A model generated the notes under the pieces. The model was not told where the DNA came from, searched no databases, and saw nothing but the letters and a program-made list of their open reading frames with translations. DNA of 64,000 nt, from NCBI GenBank assembly GCA_038087875.1, contig CM075991.1, positions 6,884,001 through 6,948,000 of the forward strand. Reading direction: 5' to 3'. Source of the stretch: Malacoraja senta (taxonomy: Eukaryota). Shown here one piece after another: positions 63,311-64,000 of this stretch. Position 1 is the first letter of the stretch; each line of letters opens with the position of its first letter. Position numbers and translations under genes: made by a program.

Positions 63311-64000
63311 ATCGTTATATCTGGACTTTCAGAAGGCTTTCAACAAGGTCCCACATAAGAGATTAGTATGCAAACTTAAAGCACACGGTATTGGGGGTTC
63401 AGTATTGATGTGGATAGAGAACTGGCTGGCAGACAGGAAGCAAAGAGTAGGAGTAAACGGGTCCTTTTCAGAATGGCAGGCAGTGACTAGTGGGGTACCG
63501 CAAGGCTCAGTGCTGGGACCCCAGCTATTTACAATATATATTAATGATCTGGATGAGGGAATTGAATGCAACATCTCCAAGTTTGCGGATGACACGAAGC
63601 TGGGGGGCAGTGTTAGCTGTGAGGAGGATGCTCGGAGGCTGCAAGGTGACTTGGATAGGTTGGGTGAGTGGGCAAATGCATGGCAGATGCAGTATAATGT
63701 GGATAAATGTGAGGTTATCCACTTTGGTGGCAAAAACAGGAAAGTAGACTATTATCTGAATGGTGGCCGATTAGGAAAAGGGGAGATGCAATGAGATCTG
63801 GGTGGCATGGTACACCAGTCATTGAAAGTAGGCATGCAGGTGCAGCAGGCAGTGAAGAAAGCGAATGGTATGTTATCATTCATAGCAAAAGGATTTGAGT
63901 ATAAGAGCAGGGAGGTTCTACTGCAGTTGTACAGGGTCTTGGTGAGGCCACACCTGGAGTATTGCATACAGTTTTGGTCACCAAATCTGAGGAAAGAAAT
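63311..64000 (+). mobile_element. Young CR1 RT (duplicate of 33686-34375, runs off the window)
   Basis: Identical RT translation including KFADD and the same TGA. Confidence 0.95.

Larger units (their letters stand above)
49667..64000 (+). repeat. Near-identical direct copy of 20042-34375 (offset 29625); contains second copies of all features in that interval
   Basis: Matching ORF track with a constant 29625 offset; only scattered SNPs, plus small indels in the first ~370 bp after the gap. Confidence 0.97.

Overview
This is vertebrate nuclear DNA, almost certainly from a cartilaginous fish (skate/ray-like). The basis is its HE1-like tRNA/V-SINEs, CR1 (HER1-like) LINEs and Deu-domain SINEs. 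No host protein-coding gene could be identified with confidence; it looks like a large intron or intergenic region. Nearly all long ORFs come from mobile elements: CR1 RT, Penelope/Neptune GIY-YIG, L1 ORF2, Rex1/Babar, and a ZCCHC3-like Tx1/L1 ORF1 fragment. The most notable signal is a dense population of Penelope pLTR-derived repeats carrying a minimal hammerhead-ribozyme core (CTGANGA-A-stem II-GAAAC-GTH) in two covarying subfamilies. Many are short inserts, often inverted hairpins, flanked by 10-17 bp target-site duplications (TSDs). One is spliced around an ORF1 fragment and another sits inside a Harbinger MITE. Also present are hAT, Harbinger and pogo-like MITEs, multi-level nested insertions and an unexplained 124-bp structured insertion. 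After a 200-N gap (49467-49666), the rest of the window is a near-identical copy of 20042-34375 (offset 29625), probably an assembly or haplotype duplication. Family names come from recognition by eye, not database searches, and boundaries of degraded repeats are approximate.
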